From assembly GCF_002886255.1 (NCBI RefSeq), contig NZ_KZ614149.1, positions 476,646-500,645 on the forward strand: DNA of 24,000 nucleotides, in the 5' to 3' direction. The notes under the pieces were generated by a model that ran no database searches, was not told where the DNA came from, and saw only the letters and a list, made by a program, of their open reading frames with translations. Position numbers and translations under genes: made by a program. This stretch comes from Alteribacillus bidgolensis. Its GTDB lineage: Bacteria > Bacillota > Bacilli > Bacillales > Marinococcaceae. This document shows positions 9,010 through 18,071 of the stretch, piece by piece (positions within the stretch are counted from its first letter, which is position 1; the number at the start of each line of letters is the position of its first letter).

Positions 9010-10410
9010 ATGCTGTTTGAGCAAGGGAAATGGACCACGGTTTCACAGCTTACTACACATATTAAAAAGACAATAGAGATGGAGTCTAATCTTCAGCAAG
9101 TATGGTTAAGAGCTGAGATTTCAAATTTTAAAAAGCACAGTCGCGGTCATATGTATTTTACCTTAAAGGATGAAAAATCAAGAATTTCAGCTGTCATGTT
9201 TGCTGGTAATAACCGCTTTTTAACCTTTCAGCCCGAAAATGGAATGAAAGTTTTAATAAAGGGTCATGTTTCTGTGTATGAGCCATTCGGGCAGTATCAG
9301 CTGTATGTGAAAGAGATGGAACCAGACGGTATTGGCCAATTGTACATTCAATATGAAAAATTAAAAAAACAATTAGAAACTGAAGGCCTTTTTGCACCAG
9401 AGCGTAAAAAGTCATTGCCTGTATTTCCGCGCGAAATAGCTATCATTACTTCTCCAACTGGTGCAGCAATCAGAGATATGATTACAACGCTGAAAAGACG
9501 GTTTCCCTTAATTAGAATTACACTGTTTCCTGTCCTCGTTCAGGGCGAAAACGCTCCTGTATCGATTTCTTCTGCAATGGAAAAAGCCGAATTAATGGGT
9601 GGATTTGATCTAATTATTTTCGGCAGAGGCGGAGGTTCCATTGAAGAATTGTGGGCATTTAATGAAGAAGCCGTGGCAAGAAAAATTGCATCTCTGTCTA
9701 TTCCGACTATTTCTGCAGTAGGGCATGAAACAGATTTCACTATTGCCGATTTTACAGCTGACTTAAGAGCAGCAACACCAACAGCAGCAGCTGAAATGGC
9801 TGTCCCGGTACTTAAAGAACTTGAAAAACAGCATAACCAGTTGAAAACACGTCTTCAAAAAGCGTTGAAAGACCAAGTTAAAAGAGAAAATGAAAAGCTT
9901 GAGCGAATAAAGCGATCGTATGCCTTTAGGTATCCAACCCATTTAATAAAGCAAAAAGAACAAGAATTAGATCGTTTATTAGAAAGGTTAAATAAAGCAC
10001 TATTTGACAAAAAAGAGCTTCGTAGAGAGCAGCTTCTTACGTTTAAAAAGCGCCTTGAACGACAGCATCCTTATCGGCTGTTAGAAGGTGAAAGATCGAA
10101 ACTGAATCATATGGATGAAAAGACCTTTAAAGCAATGGAACGTTATTTAACAGGGAAATATGAACGTTTCAAACATACGCTGCAAAAGCTTAATATTCTT
10201 AACCCTCTCGAAGTGATGCAAAGAGGATATAACGTCACCTATAATCAGAAGGGGCAGTTGGTGAAGTCCATCAAACAAATTGAACCAGGTGAAGAGATTT
10301 CCATGCATATTCAAGATGGAACTGTTCACGCCAAGGCTGAATCTGTTTCAAAGGATTCACTATGGTTTGGTAATAAGTCGGATAAGGGAGATGGAGTACG
10401 TGACAGATGA
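9010..10410 (+). CDS. xseA: Exodeoxyribonuclease VII large subunit
   Basis: 466 aa with an OB-fold N-terminus ([19 protein letters not shown]), a catalytic core ([22 protein letters not shown]) and a coiled-coil C-terminus. Confidence 0.95.
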   Translation: MLFEQGKWTTVSQLTTHIKKTIEMESNLQQVWLRAEISNFKKHSRGHMYFTLKDEKSRISAVMFAGNNRFLTFQPENGMKVLIKGHVSVYEPFGQYQLYVKEMEPDGIGQLYIQYEKLKKQLETEGLFAPERKKSLPVFPREIAIITSPTGAAIRDMITTLKRRFPLIRITLFPVLVQGENAPVSISSAMEKAELMGGFDLIIFGRGGGSIEELWAFNEEAVARKIASLSIPTISAVGHETDFTIADFTADLRAATPTAAAEMAVPVLKELEKQHNQLKTRLQKALKDQVKRENEKLERIKRSYAFRYPTHLIKQKEQELDRLLERLNKALFDKKELRREQLLTFKKRLERQHPYRLLEGERSKLNHMDEKTFKAMERYLTGKYERFKHTLQKLNILNPLEVMQRGYNVTYNQKGQLVKSIKQIEPGEEISMHIQDGTVHAKAESVSKDSLWFGNKSDKGDGVRDR

Positions 10411-10642
10411 TAATTTGAAAAATGTATCGTTTGAAGAAGCTATGGAAAAATTAGAAGGCATTGTAGAAAAACTCGAAGAAGGTGAGGTTCCTTTAGAGCA
10501 GGCAATTGTTATGTATCAAGAGGGGATGAGCCTTTCTAACGTTTGTCATGAAAAACTGCAGCGTATTGAGAAACAGATGGACAGAGTAGTAGAGGAAGAT
10601 GGGGAAGTAAAACCTCTCTTATCTGAGGAGGATGAAGAGTGA
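10400..10642 (+). CDS. xseB: Exodeoxyribonuclease VII small subunit
   Basis: [45 protein letters not shown] is the XseB signature. A GTG 10400 (or ATG 10391) start gives ~80 aa. The ORF-track start at 10280 lies inside xseA and is an over-extension. Confidence 0.9.
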   Translation: MTDDNLKNVSFEEAMEKLEGIVEKLEEGEVPLEQAIVMYQEGMSLSNVCHEKLQRIEKQMDRVVEEDGEVKPLLSEEDEE

Positions 10643-11526
10643 GCATCACAGAACTACAAGCTTTTATTTCTCAATTTAAAAATGAACTGGAAAAAAGACT
10701 TCCGGCATTTTTGGAAAAACTGGAATGTCCAGATACCTTGAAAGAAGCGATGCTTTATTCTGTTAATGCCGGTGGAAAAAGGGTCCGTCCTTTGTTAATG
10801 CTCGCGGCTGTCCAGTCATATCGTAACGTAGAAGAATCTGATTATGCGGTAGCTTGTGCAGTCGAAATGGTTCATACGTATTCTCTTATTCATGATGACT
10901 TACCGTCTATGGATGATGATGACTATCGGCGCGGAAAACCAACAAACCATAAAGTATTTGGAGAAGCATTTGCCGTTTTGGCTGGTGATGCCCTGCTAAC
11001 CAAAGCATTTGAAGTTATTAGTTCACTTAAAGAGTTAGAAAGTCATAACAAAATATTATTAATAAGAGAATTAGCCAAATCGGCAGGGGCTGAAGGAATG
11101 GTCGGTGGACAGGCTGCAGATTTAGAGGGAGAAGGAAAAGATCTTTCATTAGAGCAGCTTGAATATATTCATCACCATAAAACAGGAGATCTTTTAAGTT
11201 TTTCCGTTGTGGCAGGCGGGATATTAGGTGAAGCTCCAGACAATGATATGGATTATATCAGAGGGTTCGCCAGAGAGCTGGGCCTGGTTTTTCAAATTAA
11301 AGATGATATATTGGATATTGAAGGCGATTCAATAGAAATGGGAAAGGCAGCCGGTAGTGATGAATGCCGAGAAAAAAGCACATATCCAAGATTATTAACA
11401 CTTGATGGTGCCAAAGAAAAACTCATCACTCATGCGGATAATGCAAAAGAATACTTACGTTCTGTATCAGGTAATCCACTATTACTTGAGGATTTTATAC
11501 ATTATATTACGGAGCGGACCAAATAA
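10639..11526 (+). CDS. ispA: Farnesyl diphosphate synthase ((2E,6E)-FPP synthase)
   Basis: 295 aa with the first and second Asp-rich motifs [17 protein letters not shown] and [12 protein letters not shown] start overlaps the xseB stop. Confidence 0.95.
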   Translation: MSITELQAFISQFKNELEKRLPAFLEKLECPDTLKEAMLYSVNAGGKRVRPLLMLAAVQSYRNVEESDYAVACAVEMVHTYSLIHDDLPSMDDDDYRRGKPTNHKVFGEAFAVLAGDALLTKAFEVISSLKELESHNKILLIRELAKSAGAEGMVGGQAADLEGEGKDLSLEQLEYIHHHKTGDLLSFSVVAGGILGEAPDNDMDYIRGFARELGLVFQIKDDILDIEGDSIEMGKAAGSDECREKSTYPRLLTLDGAKEKLITHADNAKEYLRSVSGNPLLLEDFIHYITERTK

Positions 11527-11546
11527 TTTTGTGATATTTCAATTAT

Positions 11547-11576
11547 TTGTGCTAAGTTTTTAGATCGTGGTATAAT
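11547..11576 (+). promoter_or_regulatory. Candidate sigma-A promoter (extended -10) for OLE RNA/oapA
   Basis: TTGTGC (11547-11552), an 18-nt spacer, then TGgTATAAT (11568-11576), located about 10 nt before the first OLE helix. No terminator separates it from ispA. Confidence 0.45.
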
Positions 11577-11583
11577 ATATATA

Positions 11584-12176
11584 CAAAATATCGGATGGTG
11601 CAGTATTCTAGTCGATTCTCCATTCTCGAGGGCGGGCCTAAAAATCCGCTGAAGGGCACATCGATGAAGTTCCTGATGCCGGCTCGAAGCGCCCAGCTTT
11701 GGGTCGGTGTTGGGAGTAAAGGTGTAAGGGCGATCCACAAAGGCATGTGGGCGTGAACCCTTTCACCGCGGAGGCCTCTTATTTTATGGGTAAATAAGAG
11801 GTAAGACCTGCAAGGCATGCCAGAGGGAAGGTATGTGTGCAGCGTAGCCTGCCTTGAGTGGAGCAGCGGGGAAGGTAAAGTCTAGGATGATTACCGTAGG
11901 CCAACGGATACTTTCCTATCACCTGAAACCTGCTCTGCAAAAGAGGCTAAGAGAGTGGCACGGAATTGTTGAGGAAAACTCCTAGACTGTTCATATAGAC
12001 GAATGAAGTGGATTGCAGTGTGTGCTGAGTGGCAATCCAGTCTGATGTCCGGCGACGGCATCAAGCTGTTTTTAAAGGGAAACCACCAAGGCGGCGACGC
12101 TTTGGCAAGCAGCTGGGAAATCCTACTGGACCTAAGACACAATGTTTACGCTTTATATCGGCCATCCGATATCTAC
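11584..12176 (+). ncRNA. ole: OLE (ornate, large, extremophilic) RNA, Rfam RF01071-type
   Basis: About 590 nt with no credible ORF. G+C is visibly above the AT-rich flanks. Many perfect helices are present: 11588-98/12162-72 (11 bp), 11721-30/11758-67 (10 bp, one U-U mismatch), 11775-84/11792-801 (10 bp), 11811-17/11850-56, 11879-87/11980-88 (9 bp) enclosing 11912-17/11972-77, and 12009-16/12032-39 (8 bp). The position ispA-[RNA]-small membrane protein-dxs is the hallmark OLE context. Ends are approximate. Confidence 0.85.
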
Positions 12177-12220
12177 ATATATTTATTTTAACCAACATTC
12201 TTAAAATATATTAGGTGATT

Positions 12221-12829
12221 ATGCAAATAATGAAAAGTATATGGAAAAATTCTATACGTTGGAGCGTTTTAATTGCCGTTATCACACTGGTGTTAGCGGC
12301 TATTTTTTCAATTATTTCCACTGCAGTTCTTAGTGGAGTAGACTGGGCCGTTGGAATGATTATAGTGCTTGTGATCGTTCTTGTTGGTGTGTTTTTTGAT
12401 ATGATTGGAGTAGCGGCCACCGCAGCGTCTGAAAAACCATTTCATTCGATGGCTTCAAAAAAGGTACCCGGTGCTTATCAAGCAATGAAGGTCACAAGAA
12501 ATGCAGATAAAGTAGCAAATTTTTGTGCGGATGTTATTGGTGATATATCCGGTGTAGTAAGCGGAACAGCAGCTTCAGCTGTTGTATTGCAATTTACATT
12601 TGCTTTAGGTTCTAGCGATGGAAGTACGCTTCAATTTATACTAGGTGTAATATTTACAGCTGTGGTAGCAGCATTAACAGTAGGTGGAAAAGCATTAGGC
12701 AAAACATTTGCCATTACTTTTTCTACCGCAATAATTTTTCAAGTTGGACGTATCTTTTATATACTTGAACATAAATTAAAAATTAAATTATTTAACAAAA
12801 AGACGACCAAGAAAACAAAGAAAGTTTAA
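12221..12829 (+). CDS. oapA: OLE-associated protein A (small polytopic membrane protein)
   Basis: About 200 aa with about four hydrophobic helices, a conserved-looking [13 protein letters not shown] segment and a Lys-rich C-terminal tail. It lies immediately 3' of the OLE element and 5' of dxs, as oapA does. The start is ambiguous (GTG 12215, ATG 12221 or ATG 12230; weak RBS AGGTGA 12213-18). Confidence 0.8.
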   Translation: MQIMKSIWKNSIRWSVLIAVITLVLAAIFSIISTAVLSGVDWAVGMIIVLVIVLVGVFFDMIGVAATAASEKPFHSMASKKVPGAYQAMKVTRNADKVANFCADVIGDISGVVSGTAASAVVLQFTFALGSSDGSTLQFILGVIFTAVVAALTVGGKALGKTFAITFSTAIIFQVGRIFYILEHKLKIKLFNKKTTKKTKKV

Positions 12830-12855
12830 AACGACTGAAAGTGAGGGTTCGCTTC

Positions 12856-14745
12856 ATGGATTTAAAAACAATAAAGGACCCGGCAATTGTACAAGCATGC
12901 AGCCGACAAGAACTTGAAAGTCTAGCTCAACATATTAGAGAGTTTCTTATTCAGAAGCTGTCGGTTACAGGCGGCCATTTAGGCCCTAATTTAGGTGTAG
13001 TAGAATTAACACTTGCTTTACATCATCTGTATCAAACACCAAAAGACAAAATCATTTGGGATGTTGGGCACCAAGCTTATGTTCATAAGATACTGACTGG
13101 ACGAGCTGGTCAATTTGACAGTCTGCGTAAATATAAAGGATTGTGCGGTTTTCCAAAACGAGATGAGAGTGAACATGATGTTTGGGAAACTGGCCACAGC
13201 TCTACCTCACTTTCTGCAGCTATGGGGATGGCGGTAGCTAGAGACTTAAAAGGAAGTAAGGATCAAATAGCAGCTGTTATTGGTGACGGTGCTTTAACGG
13301 GTGGAATGGCACTTGAAGCATTAAACCATATCGGTCATGAACAAACAAATTTGACCATCATATTAAATGACAATGAAATGTCCATTGCACCAAATGTTGG
13401 AGCTCTTCACAGCATTCTTGGCCGTCTCAGAACAACAGGTAAATATCAAAAAGTTAAAGATGATATAGAATTTTTAATCAAAAAAATCCCTGCTTTTGGA
13501 GGGAGACTTGCGTCAACTGCTGAACGAGTAAAAGACAGTTTGAAATATTTACTTGTATCGGGAATGTTTTTTGAGGAAATGGGATTTACCTATCTTGGTC
13601 CTGTTGATGGTCATGATTTTGACGACCTGTTGTCTAATATTAAATATGGACGAGATACAAATGGTCCGGTAATCGTTCATGTGTTAACCAAAAAAGGAAA
13701 AGGCTATGCTCCAGCTGAAAACGATGCTAAAGGTACATGGCATGGGCTCGGGCCTTATAAAATCGAATCGGGAGAAGTAGTGAAAAAACCGGGACCTCCT
13801 GCATACAGTGCAGTATTTAGCAGTACATTACAAAGACTCGCTCATAAAGATGAGAGAATTGTAGCTTTAACAGCTGCTATGCCCGGCGGTACCAAACTGG
13901 ATCAATTTGGTGCTGAGTTTCCGGAAAGAATGTTTGATGTAGGTATAGCTGAACAGCATGCCACCACTATGGCAGGCGGATTAGCTACACAAGGGATGAA
14001 ACCTGTATTTGCCGTGTATTCCACGTTTTTGCAGCGAGGTTATGATCAACTTGTACATGATGTATGCAGGCAAAACTTGAATGTATTTTTTGCGATTGAC
14101 AGGGCCGGCCTTGTTGGAGCGGATGGAGAAACGCATCAAGGGGTTTTTGACATTGCTTATTTACGGCACCTTCCTAACATGAAAGTGTTAATGCCAAAAG
14201 ATGAGAATGAATTACAGCATATGATTTATACAGCTTTACGATATGATGACGGTCCCATTGCAGTTCGTTACCCCCGCGGTAATGGCTATGGAGTTAAAAT
14301 GGATGAGGAATTAAAAGAGTTAGAAATCGGAAAATGGGAAATCCTTAAGGATGGCAAAGATGCAACAATATTATCTTTTGGTACTATGCTTCCGGTAGCT
14401 GTTGAAGCAGCTAAGACGCTTTCTGAACAAAATGTCCATGTTCGTGTCGTAAATGCCAGATCGGCTAAGCCGTTAGATGCAGATCTTTTGAAAGAACTGC
14501 AGGAAGAAGGACAGCCTATTCTTACTTTGGAAGAAGCAGTTTTAAAGGGAAGTTTTGGAAGTGCAGTTCTTGAGCACTTTCATGATACAGGCTGTCATAA
14601 CATGGTAATAGAACGGATGGGCATACCAGATAGATACATTGAACATGGCAGTGTACCGGAATTATATGAGGAAATAGGATTGACTGCAGAAGAAGTTATA
14701 AATAAAATTTTTACACTTGTCCCTAGAAGACGGCAAAGGGCGTAG
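12856..14745 (+). CDS. dxs: 1-deoxy-D-xylulose-5-phosphate synthase
   Basis: MDLKTIKDP..., [14 protein letters not shown] and the TPP motif [18 protein letters not shown] 12856 behind GTGAGGG is preferred over the ORF-track GTG at 12841. Confidence 0.97.
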   Translation: MDLKTIKDPAIVQACSRQELESLAQHIREFLIQKLSVTGGHLGPNLGVVELTLALHHLYQTPKDKIIWDVGHQAYVHKILTGRAGQFDSLRKYKGLCGFPKRDESEHDVWETGHSSTSLSAAMGMAVARDLKGSKDQIAAVIGDGALTGGMALEALNHIGHEQTNLTIILNDNEMSIAPNVGALHSILGRLRTTGKYQKVKDDIEFLIKKIPAFGGRLASTAERVKDSLKYLLVSGMFFEEMGFTYLGPVDGHDFDDLLSNIKYGRDTNGPVIVHVLTKKGKGYAPAENDAKGTWHGLGPYKIESGEVVKKPGPPAYSAVFSSTLQRLAHKDERIVALTAAMPGGTKLDQFGAEFPERMFDVGIAEQHATTMAGGLATQGMKPVFAVYSTFLQRGYDQLVHDVCRQNLNVFFAIDRAGLVGADGETHQGVFDIAYLRHLPNMKVLMPKDENELQHMIYTALRYDDGPIAVRYPRGNGYGVKMDEELKELEIGKWEILKDGKDATILSFGTMLPVAVEAAKTLSEQNVHVRVVNARSAKPLDADLLKELQEEGQPILTLEEAVLKGSFGSAVLEHFHDTGCHNMVIERMGIPDRYIEHGSVPELYEEIGLTAEEVINKIFTLVPRRRQRA

Positions 14746-14748
14746 ACC

Positions 14749-15579
14749 ATGAAAAAAGAACGAATAGATATATTATTAGTCGAACAAGGTTTTTTTGATT
14801 CACGAGAAAAAGCAAAGCGCTCGATTATGGCAGGTTTAGTATTAGCTGACAATGAACGTATTGACAAACCCGGCACTAAAATTGACAGATCTACCTCTAT
14901 TCGTATAAAAGGAGAAGCAATCCCTTACGTCAGCCGCGGGGGATTTAAACTTGAAAAAGCGTTAAATGTATTCCCGTTAAACCTGCAAAACAAAATTGTG
15001 CTGGATATAGGAGCTTCTACTGGAGGCTTTACGGATTGTGCTTTGCAAAATGGGGCTAAAATGGTTTACGCTGTGGATGTTGGATACAATCAGTTATCGT
15101 GGAAACTGCGTAATCACGATAAAGTTGAAGTAATGGAACGCTTTAATTTTCGATATGCAGCACCCGAACATTTTAAAGATAAACCTGAGGCAGCGGTAGC
15201 TGATGTATCTTTTATATCTTTAAAACTTCTTTTGCCTCCATTAAAAAATATATTAACGAAGGATAGTCAAGTATGTTTGTTAATAAAGCCTCAATTTGAA
15301 GCAGGACGTGACAAAGTTGGAAAAAAAGGTATTGTTCGTGATCCAAACGTCCATCGTCAAGTTATTTATGATATTCTTTCGTTTGCAACATCCACAGGGT
15401 TTACTCCGGTAGATATGGATTTTTCTCCAATAACTGGAGGAGACGGTAATATCGAATTTTTATTGTTTATGCAATGGCACCCTTTGCCTCAAAATGAAAA
15501 TTTAATTACGGAAAAGAATGTATCTTCTGTTGTTGAAAAAGCCCACTCCCACTTTCATGCCGTTCAACGGGGTGAGTAA
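14749..15579 (+). CDS. tlyA: TlyA-family rRNA (cytidine-2'-O)-methyltransferase (YqxC homolog)
   Basis: 276 aa with an S4-like N-terminus (RIDILLVEQGFFDSREKAKRSIMAG) and an FtsJ-type SAM fold (LDIGASTGGFTDC). Same position as yqxC in B. subtilis. Confidence 0.9.
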   Translation: MKKERIDILLVEQGFFDSREKAKRSIMAGLVLADNERIDKPGTKIDRSTSIRIKGEAIPYVSRGGFKLEKALNVFPLNLQNKIVLDIGASTGGFTDCALQNGAKMVYAVDVGYNQLSWKLRNHDKVEVMERFNFRYAAPEHFKDKPEAAVADVSFISLKLLLPPLKNILTKDSQVCLLIKPQFEAGRDKVGKKGIVRDPNVHRQVIYDILSFATSTGFTPVDMDFSPITGGDGNIEFLLFMQWHPLPQNENLITEKNVSSVVEKAHSHFHAVQRGE

Positions 15580-15756
15580 GTATTTCTCATCCCCCTGTTG
15601 AATGAATACCCCTTCAAATCCTAAACATATGTTTTCACCTTCTCTTCTCTATATTTTTACTCGTATGTTTGTATAAATATAAAAAATTAGTTATGATACA
15701 ATTAGCACTTTTACTATATAGCCAATGATATTGGAAGCATCAAGAGGAGGTTGCAC

Positions 15757-16206
15757 ATGAATAAAGGGCAGCGTCATATTAAAATTAGAGAATTAATAAC
15801 AGACTTGGATATAGAGACACAAGATGAATTGGTGGATCGGTTAAAAAAGGGCGGTTATAATGTAACTCAAGCAACTGTTTCTAGAGACATAAAAGAACTG
15901 CATCTGGTTAAAGTACCGATGATGGACGGAAGATATAAATACAGTTTGCCGGCAGATCAAAGATTTAATCCTTTACAAAAGTTAAAAAGAGCGCTTGTTG
16001 ACAGCTTTATCGGAGTTGATCAAGCTGACAATCTCATTGTTATGAAAACCCTTCCTGGAAATGCTAATGCTGTTGCGGTATTAATCGATAATTTAGATTG
16101 GGAAGAGATATTAGGTACCATTTGCGGAGACGATACGATATTAATTATTTGCCGTGATAAAAAACAAGCTGGTCCTATTGTGGATCGGTTCCTTGAAATG
16201 CTTTAA
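15757..16206 (+). CDS. argR: Arginine repressor
   Basis: [15 protein letters not shown]...[18 protein letters not shown], a winged-helix N-terminus with the GDDTILII C-terminal motif. ATG 15757 lies 6 nt after AGGAGG. Confidence 0.95.
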   Translation: MNKGQRHIKIRELITDLDIETQDELVDRLKKGGYNVTQATVSRDIKELHLVKVPMMDGRYKYSLPADQRFNPLQKLKRALVDSFIGVDQADNLIVMKTLPGNANAVAVLIDNLDWEEILGTICGDDTILIICRDKKQAGPIVDRFLEML

Positions 16207-16231
16207 TTTAAAAGATGATCGAGGTGCTTTC

Positions 16232-17953
16232 ATGCTCGAAGAACTTTCAATAAAAAATTTCGCTATTATTGAAGAATTAACCGTTCCATTCGGTGAAGGA
16301 CTGACAGTATTAACTGGAGAAACAGGTGCCGGTAAATCAATTATTATCGATGCTATTGGCTTATTAATTGGAGGGCGCAGTTCAGTAGAATATGTACGTC
16401 ACGGGGAAAAACGTGCAGAAATAGAAGGATTGTTTCGAATTAATACTTCACATCCTTCAAGAAAGAAGCTTGAGGATGCCGGCATTGAAGTAGAAGAAGA
16501 TATGGTGGTATTAAGAAGAGATATTACAGATCAAGGAAAAAGCGTTTGCCGTATAAATGGAAAATTAGTAACACTAGCTATACTGCGGGAAACAGGACAA
16601 TCTTTAGTCGATATACATGGTCAACATGAACATCAGGAATTAATGCAGCCAGAAAAACATATTACAATGCTTGATCGTTTCGCAGGAAAAAAACTGTATG
16701 AAACACTTCAGGATTACAAATCGCGGTATCAAACCTTTACAAAACTTCAATCAGAATTAGAAAAATGGAAAGAAAACGATCAAGAAACGGCAAACCGCCT
16801 TGATTTTATCCAATACCAATTAAATGAGATAGAAGCAGCAAGTTTAGTCCCTGGAGAAGATGAAGAATTAGTGAAAGAAAGACATATTTTATCGAATAGT
16901 GAAAAATTATTCAGTCAGCTGAATAACACCTATGAAAGCCTCTATGGTGAAGGAAAAGCATTAGACTGGGCAGGGCTGGCTATGTCACATTCTGAAGATG
17001 CTGCAGCTATTGATAGTGACATGGAGAAAGTTAATGAATCCATTCATACAGCTTATTATATGCTTGAAGAAGCAGCTTTCTCATTAAGAAACCATGTAGA
17101 CTCTTTATTATTTGATCCTGAACGTTTAAATGAAATTGAAGCAAGGTTAGAGGAAATTAAAAAGTTAAAACGAAAATACGGCAATTCTGTCATGGAAATA
17201 CTTGAATTTTCCTCAAAAATTGAAGAAGAAATGGAGCACCTTACCAATAAGGACGAAAAAATTCAGGAATGTCAAGAACAGCTAAAAATAGCAGCTCTAG
17301 ATTTAAAAGCAGAAGCTGATACGTTAACGGATTTGCGGTATCAAGCTGGAAAAGAGCTATCGGACAAAGTGAAAACGGAACTTAAAGAGCTGTATATGGA
17401 TAAAGCTGAGATGGAAGTAAACGTAAAAAAATTAAAAAAAGGAAAGCAGTACGAATGGGAGAATGGACGAACCATTTTTAATGACAATGGAAAAGATAAA
17501 GTTGAATTTTTAATGGCCACCAATGCCGGCGAACCTTTAAAGCCACTTGCCAAAGTCGCCTCTGGCGGAGAAATATCAAGAATTATGCTTGCCATGAAAA
17601 CGATTTTGTCAGGTTTCCAGCACGTTACCTCCCTAATATTTGATGAAGTGGACACCGGAGTAAGCGGACGTGTGGCCCAAGCCATCGCACAAAAAATATA
17701 CCACGTTTCGGTTGGTTCTCAAGTATTATGCATTACCCATCTTCCGCAAGTAGCTGCGATGGCTGATAACCATTTATTCATCGAAAAAAGAGAGAAGGAA
17801 AACCGGGTAATAACTACTGTAAAACCAATAGATGGAATGAAGAAAGCGGATGAAATTGCCAGAATGATATCAGGGGTAGAAATAACGGAATTGACACGAA
17901 AAAATGCAAATGAATTATTGGCTATGGCCGAGAAGATTAAAACCAAATCATGA
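16232..17953 (+). CDS. recN: DNA repair protein RecN
   Basis: MLEELSIKNFAIIE..., Walker A GETGAGKS, a long coiled coil and the C-terminal LIFDEVDTGVSG. ATG 16232 behind GAGGTG gives 573 aa. The ORF-track start at 16154 overlaps argR and is an over-extension. Confidence 0.96.
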   Translation: MLEELSIKNFAIIEELTVPFGEGLTVLTGETGAGKSIIIDAIGLLIGGRSSVEYVRHGEKRAEIEGLFRINTSHPSRKKLEDAGIEVEEDMVVLRRDITDQGKSVCRINGKLVTLAILRETGQSLVDIHGQHEHQELMQPEKHITMLDRFAGKKLYETLQDYKSRYQTFTKLQSELEKWKENDQETANRLDFIQYQLNEIEAASLVPGEDEELVKERHILSNSEKLFSQLNNTYESLYGEGKALDWAGLAMSHSEDAAAIDSDMEKVNESIHTAYYMLEEAAFSLRNHVDSLLFDPERLNEIEARLEEIKKLKRKYGNSVMEILEFSSKIEEEMEHLTNKDEKIQECQEQLKIAALDLKAEADTLTDLRYQAGKELSDKVKTELKELYMDKAEMEVNVKKLKKGKQYEWENGRTIFNDNGKDKVEFLMATNAGEPLKPLAKVASGGEISRIMLAMKTILSGFQHVTSLIFDEVDTGVSGRVAQAIAQKIYHVSVGSQVLCITHLPQVAAMADNHLFIEKREKENRVITTVKPIDGMKKADEIARMISGVEITELTRKNANELLAMAEKIKTKS

Positions 17954-17987
17954 AAAGCTGACCAAAACAGGTCAGCTTTTTTATTTT
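17953..17987 (+). terminator. Rho-independent terminator after recN
   Basis: aaaagctgacc (17953-63) pairs perfectly with ggtcagctttt (17970-80) over 11 bp, followed by a T-rich tract. Confidence 0.85.
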
Positions 17988-18071
17988 TACCTGCTTATAA
18001 ATCCTTTGTCAGGAGGCAATTATATGAATACAACAGATAATTTTAAATAGGGGACGAGGAGGATTTAATGC

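Noticed and set aside
11502-12214. Five ORF-track ORFs over the ispA-oapA gap (11502-11738 -, 11552-11818 -, 11891-12142 -, 12003-12191 +, 12029-12214 +)
   Set aside because: They overlap one another on both strands, have no RBS and show Arg/Pro/Cys/Trp-rich composition typical of translating G+C-rich structured RNA. The region is better explained as OLE RNA.
11527-12214. A T-box leader or riboswitch controlling oapA/dxs as an alternative explanation for the structured region
   Set aside because: At about 600 nt it is far too long. There is no T-box motif or terminator/antiterminator pair with a U-tract, and I recognised no known riboswitch core. The context matches OLE precisely.
16154-16231. 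ORF-track 5' extensions: recN from 16154, xseB from 10280, the MraY-like gene from 22616, dxs from 12841, spoIIIAA from 1235, Asp23 from 7115, argR from 15751
   Set aside because: Each extension lacks an RBS and/or overlaps the preceding gene. Internal starts with good Shine-Dalgarno spacing match the N-termini of known homologs.
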